Shown piece after piece: positions 12,299 to 23,053 of a DNA stretch of 64,000 nucleotides. This stretch comes from Cirrosporium novae-zelandiae (Eukaryota). Position 1 is the stretch's first letter. Each line of letters opens with the position of its first letter. The notes beneath the pieces are model-generated. The model was not told the DNA's origin and made no database searches. It saw nothing but the letters and a program-made list of their open reading frames with translations. A program made the translations under genes and the position numbers. The DNA lies in contig JAPETS010000063.1 of the NCBI GenBank assembly GCA_026023565.1, forward strand, positions 1 through 64,000, read 5' to 3'.

Positions 12299-12818
12299 TC
12301 AAGGATAACATGAGACAGCCTTGATCCGAGCCCAACTAACACAACCTTAGCTTACACACACTCAACACCACCAACCACATCACCACTCCATTTTCCCGTC
12401 ACATATATCCCCGAACTACATACCTACCACGATAACCCAAACAACAGATCCCAATAACAACAGCAACACCACCACCACCACCACTACTCAATCGGCCCTT
12501 AACATATATATCCCTAACCTGCCTACCACAACAATCCAAACAACGCCCCCCACCACACACACCACCTCTTCCCCCTTCCCTCCCTACCCACCCACCTACC
12601 TACTCTACCTACCCCCTCCGACATCCCAAAAAGCACATCAAAACCACAACCACAACACCCACACACCCCACAATAAGTCCAACCCTATCGTAGGTAGATA
12701 GATCGCGTCTGGTGATGTTGTTGAGATGATCAACTGGCAAGGAGGATGTGTTGACTAAGCCGGTATTTATGAAGGCGAGGATTAGAGGAAGGTGGGAAAG
12801 GTGGGAAAGGGAGGACAT
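12299..12818 (-). CDS. Small signal-peptide/single-TM protein; 69 aa unspliced (12609-12818) or 80 aa if intron 12612-12336 is spliced
   Basis: Hydrophobic N-terminus, RR (Kex2-like) site, then DLSTYDRVGLIVGCVGVVVVVLMCFLGCRRG; possible exon 2 (WARIKAVSCYP*) after a GCTAAG..TAG acceptor. Confidence 0.5.
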
Positions 12819-13752
12819 GATATGATTAATTGATGGTGTGTTAAGTGGGCTTGGGGGTTGGGGATTGAGGAGTGGATTTCAAGACGATGACAGAATACAG
12901 GTTCAAGTAATAATAATAACAACAATAATAATAACGATATCCAATATCCAATATGTTTCTCCTTCTAAGAAAGAAGGGGAATTTCTAAAATCGGGACATT
13001 GGGTTCACGTTTATTTATCCACTCTTTTCCTTCCTTTTCCTCCCCCCTCCCCCCCTCTTTACTTTGAAGGCGAGGACATATATGTTTGTTTGTTTGCTTG
13101 TTCGTTCGTTCGTTTGTGCAAACAGACAGCCTAGCTAAGCCTCCTCCTCCAATTTTCACTTTTTTTGTTGAAAGGCAATCTAGAAAAGGAAAGGGGTTAG
13201 ATGCGAGAGTACTATATTTACTCACCAGAATATAGGATATGGGGTACGGATTACGGATTAATGAATCTCCAGTCTGTCGATCGATCGATTGATCGAAGTT
13301 ATTTGTATTTAACTAATTTAATTTATTTATTTATTTTTTCTTTATAGCACTACGACAGGGTTGGTGTGTGGATGACATCTTCCACCTTCAGCAGCCAGCC
13401 ATGACGAACGGCCTTTTCCTTTGTCTTTGCGGGAAGTCGACCGTTGGGTATCCTTATATATCTATCTGCATATTGTTACGAGTATAAATTCGAACTACGA
13501 ACCTACCTTCAGTTCAATTCGGTTAGTATGGATAGATAGTGATTTAATAGTACATAGGACATAGCATAGCATAGGATATAGACAGAGCCATTTATTGCGT
13601 CTTTAGGAAATCTTAAACCCCTCTCCCCCTCCGCCCCCCGAGCTATCCAGCTCCCTTGATTCTGGAGACAGTTGTAGTTGTAGTAGTGGTAGTGATAGTG
13701 GGCCGTAGGTTGTAAAGGAATGGGTATGGGATAGGAATAATGATTGTGTAGG

Positions 13753-13780
13753 TTTAGGGTTTAGGGTTTAGGGTTTAGGG
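13753..13780 (+). repeat. Interstitial telomere-like repeat (TTTAGGG)x4
   Basis: Four perfect TTTAGGG units in intergenic DNA. Confidence 0.8.
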
Positions 13781-14555
13781 GGATTTGATCTGTTTGTCTA
13801 TCTGTCTGTCTGTAGGCGAGATGGGTAGAATAGCCCTACGGAAATAGCACGTTAGGATTTATGGTTGTTGTGTTTGTTGATGGCTGGGAAGTGATATGTT
13901 AATTGAAGGCTCGGCTATTGAAGTTTGAACGAATCCAGCCCTATGATTCTTGGCAACGGACCTGTATTCTCTCGACTACATTGTTTTGGTAAATTAACTT
14001 CTGCTTACACCGACTTGATATTCAAGCTTTCATATTCGCTTCCCAGTCGTGTACTTCCTATTCCGACTAGGTGATTGCAATAATGTTAAATGCAAACCTC
14101 AAGGGTGTTCTAGGTTCTTGATATACCAAGAGGGGGGAATGAGTCGTAATAAACGACATGCGCATTTTCTCTACCTTTGAATATGGTAAATTTGTATCAA
14201 GGAGTATTAAAGGCCAAGCAATGACATTAATGATCGAGCAGGAAGTCAAGAGGGCTCAAGATGCCCGCTACAACGCGCTTTCCTCAACCCATCTCCATCC
14301 ATCATCTATCATGGCACTGGCAAGAGTCTTCCACCATAGATACTAGGAAGCCTTTCGGACTTTGTCCCTCCACTTGTTTTATCCTAGATGCTTTATTCCT
14401 TTACTCGTTCTCTAATCAAACTATTTTAATGGATATTCGGTTCTTGATACGGTTTTAATAGTTGAAGAATATACACTCTCAACCATTATACTTATCAATT
14501 CTATTGTGAAGTTATTTAGTGCATTCTATATTATTGCCTTGCTGACATAGCATCG

Positions 14556-15361
14556 ATGCTTCCTCGAAATAGCAGTAAGACAGTCTCATCAAGCCCGCCT
14601 CCCAGCACCCGAGAACTTACAGATGAAAACTATACAAATTACCCAACTCTGCCTCCCGACACTCCGGGCTTTAGGGATGAACAGAATTTGGATTCATTAA
14701 ATCTATTTCCCAACATCGAGCAGAGAGATGAAGGCTATATAAGTTACCCAAATCTGTCTTCCAATCCCCCGGATTTTACAGATAAACAGAGTTTGGATTC
14801 TAGGCCCCTGGGACCTACACCACGCCCACTTCCTAGCTTCCCGCAACCCATACCATTGCTTAACTCTGATAATTTTGCAGGTGAAATCAGTTTAGACTTA
14901 TCAGCTGTATATAATGGCGTCCCTCCATGGTCCATTCGGGAAATGGTTGGCTACAAAATTTCATAATCGCTTCGAAAATCCATGCACGTAGCAATTATTT
15001 TATACCTAGTCTGATAAGGATATATAATGAATTGATTTCTATCTTTCGCACACTAGTAGCAAAATTCAGGGGAACACGGTGTAGCATGGTCACCGATGAT
15101 CTTATGGACCAGGCCCATAAAGTCAACGTTGAGGCAAACCCATTATATATGTTGATGATCTGTGATAATATTAAATCCAAATATGAAGTTAGCTTGAAAC
15201 ACAGGGACTTTTGGGCTATTTACTATTCAAGCGTACCGCGTATAGTCAGCGAGGATCTGGTTATTGCGGTACAGGACTGGCGCCTGAAAGGGTTCTTCGA
15301 CGAGGAAATTGTGCACCTGTGCAATAAAAAGTATGGTGGTATTCAAGTGGAGGGTAGATGA
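14556..15361 (+). CDS. Hypothetical protein with an internal ~35-aa duplication; possibly frameshifted or a pseudogene
   Basis: Two overlapping coding-like ORFs (14556-14966, 14927-15361); repeat NYTNYPTLPPDTPGFRDEQNLDS / GYISYPNLSSNPPDFTDKQSLDS; no phase-compatible intron found to join them. Confidence 0.4.
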
Positions 15362-16168
15362 TGTTTTAACTACCCGGAACCTGTACTCATGTGCGGATTT
15401 CCTTACAGTGATCTAGAATAGTTGAAGGACTATCGGGCTGTGTATACCTGGCACAGCTCTTGGATTAATCTATGGATATTATTGATTAGGCTTCGGCCTC
15501 TTGAACATTCCAAATCTAACTCCCTTCTCACGTTGGAGTAAAGCTAGTGTACCTAGGTAGTGATATTAACGTCAACTAAGAAAGGTCACGGGAACTCCCG
15601 CCGTTACACAGGATAAAAAAAACGGGTTAGATGCAAGATAAGGATTTAAAGATGGAAAAGCAAAGCACATAGTCTATCACATCAACTTTAAAATATTCTG
15701 AAAAGTAAATATTTACAAAAAGAGAAGACGATTTGTTGATGGTTAAATTGGGTATAGATATAAATGACGATGTGTTGATGGCGGCAGTCGGGGAACAAAA
15801 ATAAGCCAATGGACGGTTCGGTGTCGTGGTTCATCCGAGTGGGCAAAGCTTATCAAGCAATTCATTCGTGCCACTGTCCGTTTTGCTATTGCGGAGATAA
15901 CTAATCAGCCAAAGTAGTCCCATATCTATCGAACCAAGGTCCATGGTCCATCCAATCTATGACTATGATGTGTCGAGCCCTCATTGATCTTCTTTCTTTC
16001 CGTTCTTCTAGCTCTTGTTCTTGTTCCTATATCTCTTGATTCAAAGTATTTCTGTTATCTAGTTATCATCCTCAGCTCAACTTGACCTGGATATCTTGAT
16101 TGATAAATGATCCGCCATTGTTTTGCTAATAGACCTTAGAAGCCCGGGAACAATCCTCAGGACATAAA

Positions 16169-18054
16169 ATGGCACCATCAGGGACAGAGACTAGGCCTCC
16201 CCCTCTTGACCTCTCCCACCACTTTTCAGACGTAACCAAAAATCGTGATGCCAGCTCCACCAAGAAGTTTTACAAATACTTCTCGATCCCCGGTATTGGA
16301 AACCTTGCTGGAGGTAAGAATCTCTATCCTTGTTGTGTACCTGAGGATAAACGATAAGCTCAAACTGAAACCTCAGGCCTACCAAACTGGAATTACTTTC
16401 CATACGACTCTCTTGAAGCTACCGTTGCACTCCCGGATCGATTTAAACCAACCCCCAACGAACCCGTCGATCCTCCCACCTCCTTCTTACGTAGGCTTTC
16501 CCTATCAAATGGGCCCGTCTCATCTCGATTGATTATTCCCAAGGACTCGAGTGAACCAGACATTCTCCGAAAGATTGACTTGAAAACAGCTCTTCAATAT
16601 GGCACAGCCCAGGGGTACCCACCTTTATATGAATTCCTCCACCAATTCACAACCGAAAATCTCCACCCAAATATTCCTTACGCCGGAGGTCCTGAGATAA
16701 TCCTATCATGCGGAAACACAGATGGCATGTCCAAGGCTCTCGAAGCTTTGACCAATGTCTGGATCGAGGGTAGAGATCCTATAACTAGCAGAGAAGGCAT
16801 ATTGGTTGAAGGGTTCACATATATGAATGCTATGACGAGTGTGAAACCAAGGGGTCTGAATATTGTTCCTGTCGCAGTTGACGATGAAGGGATGATGGCG
16901 TATGGTGAAGGTGGGTTAGAATATGTTTTGGAAAACTGGGATACCAGCAGAGGCAAAAGACCTCATCTTATATATACCATAACGTAAGTGTCTGACCCTT
17001 GGTTAACAAATCGAAAACCCAACGTCAACCTAGCATCGGACAAAACCCAACCGCCGGCGTCCTTGGTGTCCAAAGACGCAAGGAGATATACAGCCTTTGC
17101 CAAAAATACGACATTATCATCATCGAAGACGATCCATACTGGTACCTCCAATACCCCTCGGCAAATCCTCTTTCGGACACCGAATCCACAGACCCTCCCA
17201 AAGTTAACTACAATGCTGCTGGTAGATCTTCTGGCTTTGAGTTCCTCGACTCCCTCGTCCCCTCCTACCTCTCCGTTGACACCGAAGGTCGCGTCGTCCG
17301 TCTCGATACGTTTTCCAAAACCGTAGCCCCTGGGTGCAGACTCGGCTGGATTACCGCTCAACCCGCACTAATTGAGCGACTCCTCCGAATTACAGAATGC
17401 TCAACACAACAACCTTCCGGCTTCGTACAATCGATGATTGCACAACTAATCATGGGTCCCCCTCAAACCTCCAACGGGGCCCGAGGTGGCGCGAAAGACG
17501 GCCTCGGCTGGAAAGTTGACGGATGGGTACGTTGGCTGGCGGGACTCCGAGGCAACTATGAAAGACGTATGCAGACAATGTGCTCGGTTCTAGATGAGGG
17601 GAAATACCTCGTCAAGACAGGCCGACGACCCAGCATTAGCAGCATAAGCGACGAGGTATGGAGCGTTGTTGAGAAGACGAAGATGTTCGATTTCACGTGG
17701 CCTATGGGTGGGATGTTCCTATGGGTTCGAATCTGTCTAGAAACCCACCCATTATTCAGAAAAGTAGAACATGCAGATCTAGCGCAGGCGCTATGGGTTC
17801 ATTTAACGAAGCCACCCTATCTTATCCTAGCATCTCCAGGAACAATGTTCTCACCTACGGAGGAGATCAAAAATAGACGGGGGTGGAGTTACTTCCGATT
17901 GTGCTTTGCGGCGGTGGATGAACCCGATGTGAGGAAGACTTCGGAACGATTCGTGGCTGGATTCAAATCGTTTTGGAAGGTTAAACATCCTAGGGATATT
18001 GAAGAGGAGGCCAAGGTTGCAAAGGGAATGGATTGGACGCTGATGAGTTGTTAG
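16169..18054 (+). CDS. PLP-dependent aromatic amino acid / 2-aminoadipate aminotransferase (Aro8-like, class I); introns 16314-16376, 16984-17033
   Basis: GNLAGGLP..FPYD, ALQYG, GQNPT, IIEDDPY and RLDTFSKTVAPGCRLGW (PLP lysine) motifs. Confidence 0.92.
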
Positions 18055-19221
18055 ATGTATGTGTGGGATCTTATCGGCTCAACCACCCGTTTCGTTATCT
18101 TTCTTTTATTTTGATCTATTTATATTCCCAAATTACCAATACCATGAATCCAATTTAACTATCATCAACAATTCTCGACTTCCGGCATTATACCGAAAAC
18201 ACATACTCCACCGACCTATTTTCAACGCTCAACTCTCCAGCCTATACCTCATTCTATATTTAACTATACGCATAACGGACCACAATCCATAACCCACAAA
18301 CGTAAACTTCATCATCACAGATACCAAAACCTAACTTTTTCCCTCTTTTTCTTTTCTTTAAATATCATTCCCTAATAGAACCCCCCCCTTCCGAGCCCCA
18401 AGAAATAAAGCAAAAAAAAGTGTTTTTGGGTGGGGTGGTGATGCATACGTTAAGGAAATAAACTAAGGGATAGGAAGAGGAGAGGAGAAGATATGAAAGA
18501 TGTTTAGAGAGTGAGTATTTATATATATGTGTGTGTTTGTATGTATATAGGTAGATAGATATTGGGTGAGATGAACCCCCCTCCCCCCTCGTATATATTT
18601 TTATTATATACCTAGGTACCTAGGAAAGAAGATGGGGTTTTGATAAGTGTTACAACGCAGCCAGGTTATATATATATATCCTAACACTAACACTGGCTAA
18701 CCGCTCAAGTAGCGGATAATAATCCCACGTCCTTTTAGCTTAGTTACCTAGGTAAGAGTATTTGTTGGGCTGGTTTTTTCATAAATAGAAGACGTGAAAT
18801 GTTAAACGTGAAATGTGAAATGAAGAACTATTACAAGTATTGGGTTTAGTTTAAGCATTTGATTTCTCTCTCTCTCTCTCGTTGTTCGCTTGCTTGCTAT
18901 TCTACTAAGAGGACGTCAAGATAATTAGGTCATTTATCTTTCACCAGCTGAATAGGTTAGTTATATGGTAATTGATTTTGATTTTTTTTTTCTAAACCGA
19001 ACGAAATTTAATTTAGGCAACGTGTATGGTATGGTATGGTAAGGTATCACATCGCATCGCATCACATTTGAAATCCAAAACCCGGAAACGCCCTCGCTAT
19101 GCTAATAGATATGCCAATTGATCCATCACTCAACCAGGACCCCCCCCCAAGACCCCAAGATCATTTTTGTAGTTTTGTAAACAAAACAGCACGGCGATAC
19201 TTCCATGTCTCTCTCTCTCTC

Positions 19222-20007
19222 TCACAAGTCCCGCATAACCACCAAATTATCCTCCAAATCCGTAGCAGGTCCCACGCTCGACAACCTCGAAGATCCCTCT
19301 CCATCCGCCCCCGAGGCCTGAGGCGTAGATATCGCAGAATGGATCCCCCTATGGAATCTCTGTTTGTGTTCCCATTCCTGGATACTTTCGGCGGGTCCGC
19401 CTTCGATCTTGGGGATTCGGTCCTCGGCGCTTTTGCCAAGGACAGTGCCTTGGTAGCGGGATTCTTCGCCGGTTTTGCTGTGTTTTTTTTTGAGGGCTGT
19501 TTTTGGGATTAGTTGGGGTTGTTGGGGTTGTTTTTTTGTCGTAGGGTGTAGAATTTGTGTAGATGATGGTGGGAGGGAGATGTTCGTACCTGTCAAGTAG
19601 TCTTCTAGTTCAGCTTCGTCGGCGCCCACTTCCCCCTTGGTTGCAATCAGTCCTGCGATTCTTCTAATCTCTTTGTTTGCGTCTCCTCTCATCCACGTCA
19701 AAAACACTTCCACCCCCCTCAGGTCTTCTTCCCCCGTCATTTCTTCTTCCATGGCGCTTAGCTGTGGTCGTATGGCCCCAACATCCTGCAGCGCAGCGCG
19801 CACGTCGGAGATGTCTGGGATGGAATCATTGTGGGCACTGAGAGCATGGGAGGCGGTGTTTTCTGCCAGGAGAATGAGATAGCGAGCTGTGAGATCGACG
19901 AGGGTGTCGAGGACGGCGGGGCGGATGGCATGGAAACCTGCGGCGCGGAGGATGTGAAGGACTGGGGGACGGAGGAGGGAATTAAAGAGATCCCGTGGTG
20001 AGGGCAT
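19222..20007 (-). CDS. TAF3: Bromodomain-associated (BTP) histone-fold protein, TFIID subunit TAF3-like; probable intron 19497-19589
   Basis: LLRPPVLHILRAAGF...VLDTLVDL..RYLILLA histone fold; 93-nt GTACGA..CTAAT..CAG intron is in frame and stop-free. TAF3 rather than TAF8 is by recognition only. Confidence 0.7.
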   Translation of the reverse strand: MPSPRDLFNSLLRPPVLHILRAAGFHAIRPAVLDTLVDLTARYLILLAENTASHALSAHNDSIPDISDVRAALQDVGAIRPQLSAMEEEMTGEEDLRGVEVFLTWMRGDANKEIRRIAGLIATKGEVGADEAELEDYLTGTNISLPPSSTQILHPTTKKQPQQPQLIPKTALKKKHSKTGEESRYQGTVLGKSAEDRIPKIEGGPAESIQEWEHKQRFHRGIHSAISTPQASGADGEGSSRLSSVGPATDLEDNLVVMRDL

Positions 20008-20370
20008 GGTGGTTTGTTTAGCGAATTTGGAGATGATGTGGGTTTGATAGGGATGGGGAGGTAATTGACATTGTGAGGGAAGGAGAATGGTTTAGATGTA
20101 TTTATTCAAGGGAATTTCTTTAGAATATTCTCATCGTGTTTGGGTTATTGATGGGGTTCATGGCTGATGCATATGAGGCTCTTCAACCTTAATTTTTGGG
20201 GTTGTCGATCGCCGTCACGTCAGTCCAAGCTTCCTATCTAGGTACAATTGACTTCTTCACCACAAACACTTTGCGAAAACAACTACACCTAAGTCAGATA
20301 TGCTCAATACTATCGGTTCTTGACCACTTATTCATCGCCATATTCTAATCGACCTCAACTTCATCTCACC

Positions 20371-22044
20371 ATGTCTGAACCACCCCGAAAAATCCTCAAG
20401 CTAAAACTCAACACCGCCAGAATCAAAACAGAACCCAGCGGATCCGCGCCACCTCCTTCAGCTTCTTCAGCTTCTTCTCACCATCCTCGAATTCGCCTGA
20501 CTAATAAAACGACCAAGGTTGCCATAAAACAAGAGCCAAATCATGCTTCTCCATCTCCCAGCAGCGCCACCCCAAAACAAAAAATCACCCTGAAACTTGG
20601 TGGTAAAAACAACACACCTTCTGCCTCTACAAAGACACCTACCTCCAAAGCCACCAAAAAATCCAGCGCCTCTACGTCCAAAAAGCGCACCAAAGCGCAA
20701 TTTGATGAAGATGCCCTGACGGTGCCCACCGCTCATGAGCAACCTTCAGCTCACTCCTCTGGCCCGAAACGCCTCAAGCTTACGGCAAAACCCCATGCCC
20801 CGGCACACATGCGACTCAACATCAAAGGCAAACCTCCTGTTCGACCGGTAGGCAGTGGGTATGATTCGGAAGCCTCGGACACGGAGATTGACCCATACAT
20901 TGAAGAAGAGTTTATTTTTCGCATGCTTCCTGGAGAAGACTGCGAATATATCCGAAAAGCTATTGAAGAGAGGCGTCTTGGTCTACCTGTTCGAAAAGGT
21001 GGTGCGGATGTGCGATTTAAATTTCTTGATAAATCTGGTCATCGCATAGTGATCCGGGTGTGCGATCGCATCTACGCTGCTACAATGGTGGACCTCCCCT
21101 GTATCATTGAGGGCATGAAAAGCTGGGATAAACGTGGCTGGTGGAAAACAGCTGATATCTGTCAAATGCTACTTGTATTTCGCCAAGTGAAAAGTGAGGA
21201 CGAAGTTAAGAATATCCCCTTACCCAACGAAATCGACTCGACGACTGGTCAATGGCCGCATGGAATAACACCTCCAATGCACAATGTTCGCAAACGACGG
21301 TTCCGCAAGCGCATTTCTAACCGCACGATTGAAGCCGTTGAAGAAGAGGTGGACCGATTACTAGCGGAAGATGAGAAAGCCGTTGAACCAGCCAAATACG
21401 AATACCTGGACCTCGATCGTCTCGCCCGCGAAGAATCCGACATGCCTAGCGATAGTGAGGAACCAGAATATGGCTACGACAATGAGCAGGATGCCGAGGG
21501 CGACTACGAAGCTGAATACGATCTCGAAGGTGATCTAGCAGATGAACTTCTAAATGCATTCGAGAATGATGATGGCGATGCCATAGCAACAACCGAACAC
21601 AAAGGACAATCCCTACAATCACAATCTTCGACCCTACCTTCACGTCCCCAACTCCACATCCCACTCCCTCTACCCTTTCCCACAGCCTCCGCCATAATCG
21701 AACAAGCCCAATCCCTCGCAGTTCAAACCCCCGGCGCCGAGTCCTCTGTTCAAGAACCAACCTCGGAAGACGAAGGTTCCGGTTCCGACGACGACGAAGA
21801 CGCCTCAGGAGATGAAAACGATGCACCCGATGAAGAAGCCCTAGAGCGCCAACAGGCAATGCAGAGAATTCGGGATGAGCTCAGTGATATCAATCGGTTT
21901 ATTCAGGATGCGCAGGCCGAGTTTGAGAAACAGACGAATCCATTGCTGAAGAATAGAGTTAGTGAGAAGATTAGGGGGTTGATTCGTGAGAGGGATTTGA
22001 AGAGACAGGCACTTGGGGAAGGCGGGGACGAGGATGGAGCGTAG
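20371..22044 (+). CDS. TAF7: TFIID subunit TAF7 (TAFII55 N-terminal domain)
   Basis: IEEEFIFRM, YAATMVDLPCIIEGMKSWDK...KTADICQML, WPHGITPPMHNVRKRRFRKR; C-terminal coiled coil; first ATG at 20371. Confidence 0.93.
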   Translation: MSEPPRKILKLKLNTARIKTEPSGSAPPPSASSASSHHPRIRLTNKTTKVAIKQEPNHASPSPSSATPKQKITLKLGGKNNTPSASTKTPTSKATKKSSASTSKKRTKAQFDEDALTVPTAHEQPSAHSSGPKRLKLTAKPHAPAHMRLNIKGKPPVRPVGSGYDSEASDTEIDPYIEEEFIFRMLPGEDCEYIRKAIEERRLGLPVRKGGADVRFKFLDKSGHRIVIRVCDRIYAATMVDLPCIIEGMKSWDKRGWWKTADICQMLLVFRQVKSEDEVKNIPLPNEIDSTTGQWPHGITPPMHNVRKRRFRKRISNRTIEAVEEEVDRLLAEDEKAVEPAKYEYLDLDRLAREESDMPSDSEEPEYGYDNEQDAEGDYEAEYDLEGDLADELLNAFENDDGDAIATTEHKGQSLQSQSSTLPSRPQLHIPLPLPFPTASAIIEQAQSLAVQTPGAESSVQEPTSEDEGSGSDDDEDASGDENDAPDEEALERQQAMQRIRDELSDINRFIQDAQAEFEKQTNPLLKNRVSEKIRGLIRERDLKRQALGEGGDEDGA

Positions 22045-23053
22045 AGTTGAGCTGAGATGAGGAGATATGTATATGGGAGGGGGATTGTTAGGGATGGGTT
22101 AGGTTGGGTTCACTGGGGATGCGATGTCGAGGCAGGGACTGGCATGGTATCATGGTACGGGTCGGAGAGAGGATTGGAGTCAATAAACGAATAAATGAAT
22201 GGGTGGATCGGAATTCTTTAAACAGAATATGGAACATTGCACGTGGATTTTAACAAGGGGGCAGAGGAACTTTTTGTATCAAACTACTAATACGTGAGTA
22301 GTATACTACCCAGTTGTTGGTTCTCCATTCCTATTCGAGCTCTATGCTCTAAATCGAATATTTGAATACTTGGAAATATCTATCTACCTACCTACCTACG
22401 TACTAAGCACTCTTATTCATATCTATTATATATATGACGTTATTAACTCACTTCCCCTCCTCCTTTCTTCCCTCTATTTTTCTTTCCATTGATCCCTTTT
22501 ATCATCATTGCTGTTATGGGCATCATTCATACTATATTGCAATACCTCCAAGTACCTAGGTAGGCGGTCCAAAGTTTGTAGGTAAATTGATGGAATTTAT
22601 CTTTGTGTTGTACATATAATATACCTACATGCACCTAATGCAATAGCCACTACCAAGAAAGTGCGCAGCGGAGAGCTGAAGATGGATGACGTCGGCTCCA
22701 CAGGATCCCGTGTGTTAGCGTGAATGTGGCATTCCGGGGAAGCGGTTTGAAACATCCAGATAACGCTGAAGTGCACGTCCCCGGTCCCGATTGACAAACC
22801 CTCTCAAGTCCAAGAACTCCAAGGCCTCTCCTAATTAAGATATAGCTAACCTATAGTTCTTTAATTATCTCACCCTTTCCATGCCTTTCTTCAGCTTCCT
22901 ATCCTGCATTCTCACTCTCTCATCCATCAAGAATTATATCAATTGAATCATTACCTAGTTATTCTTCTTTTTACGATCGCATTTTGTTAAAAATCAAATG
23001 CGACGGGATATTGTCGCAAGCAAAAAAACCCTCGAAATAACACCAGCTCCATT

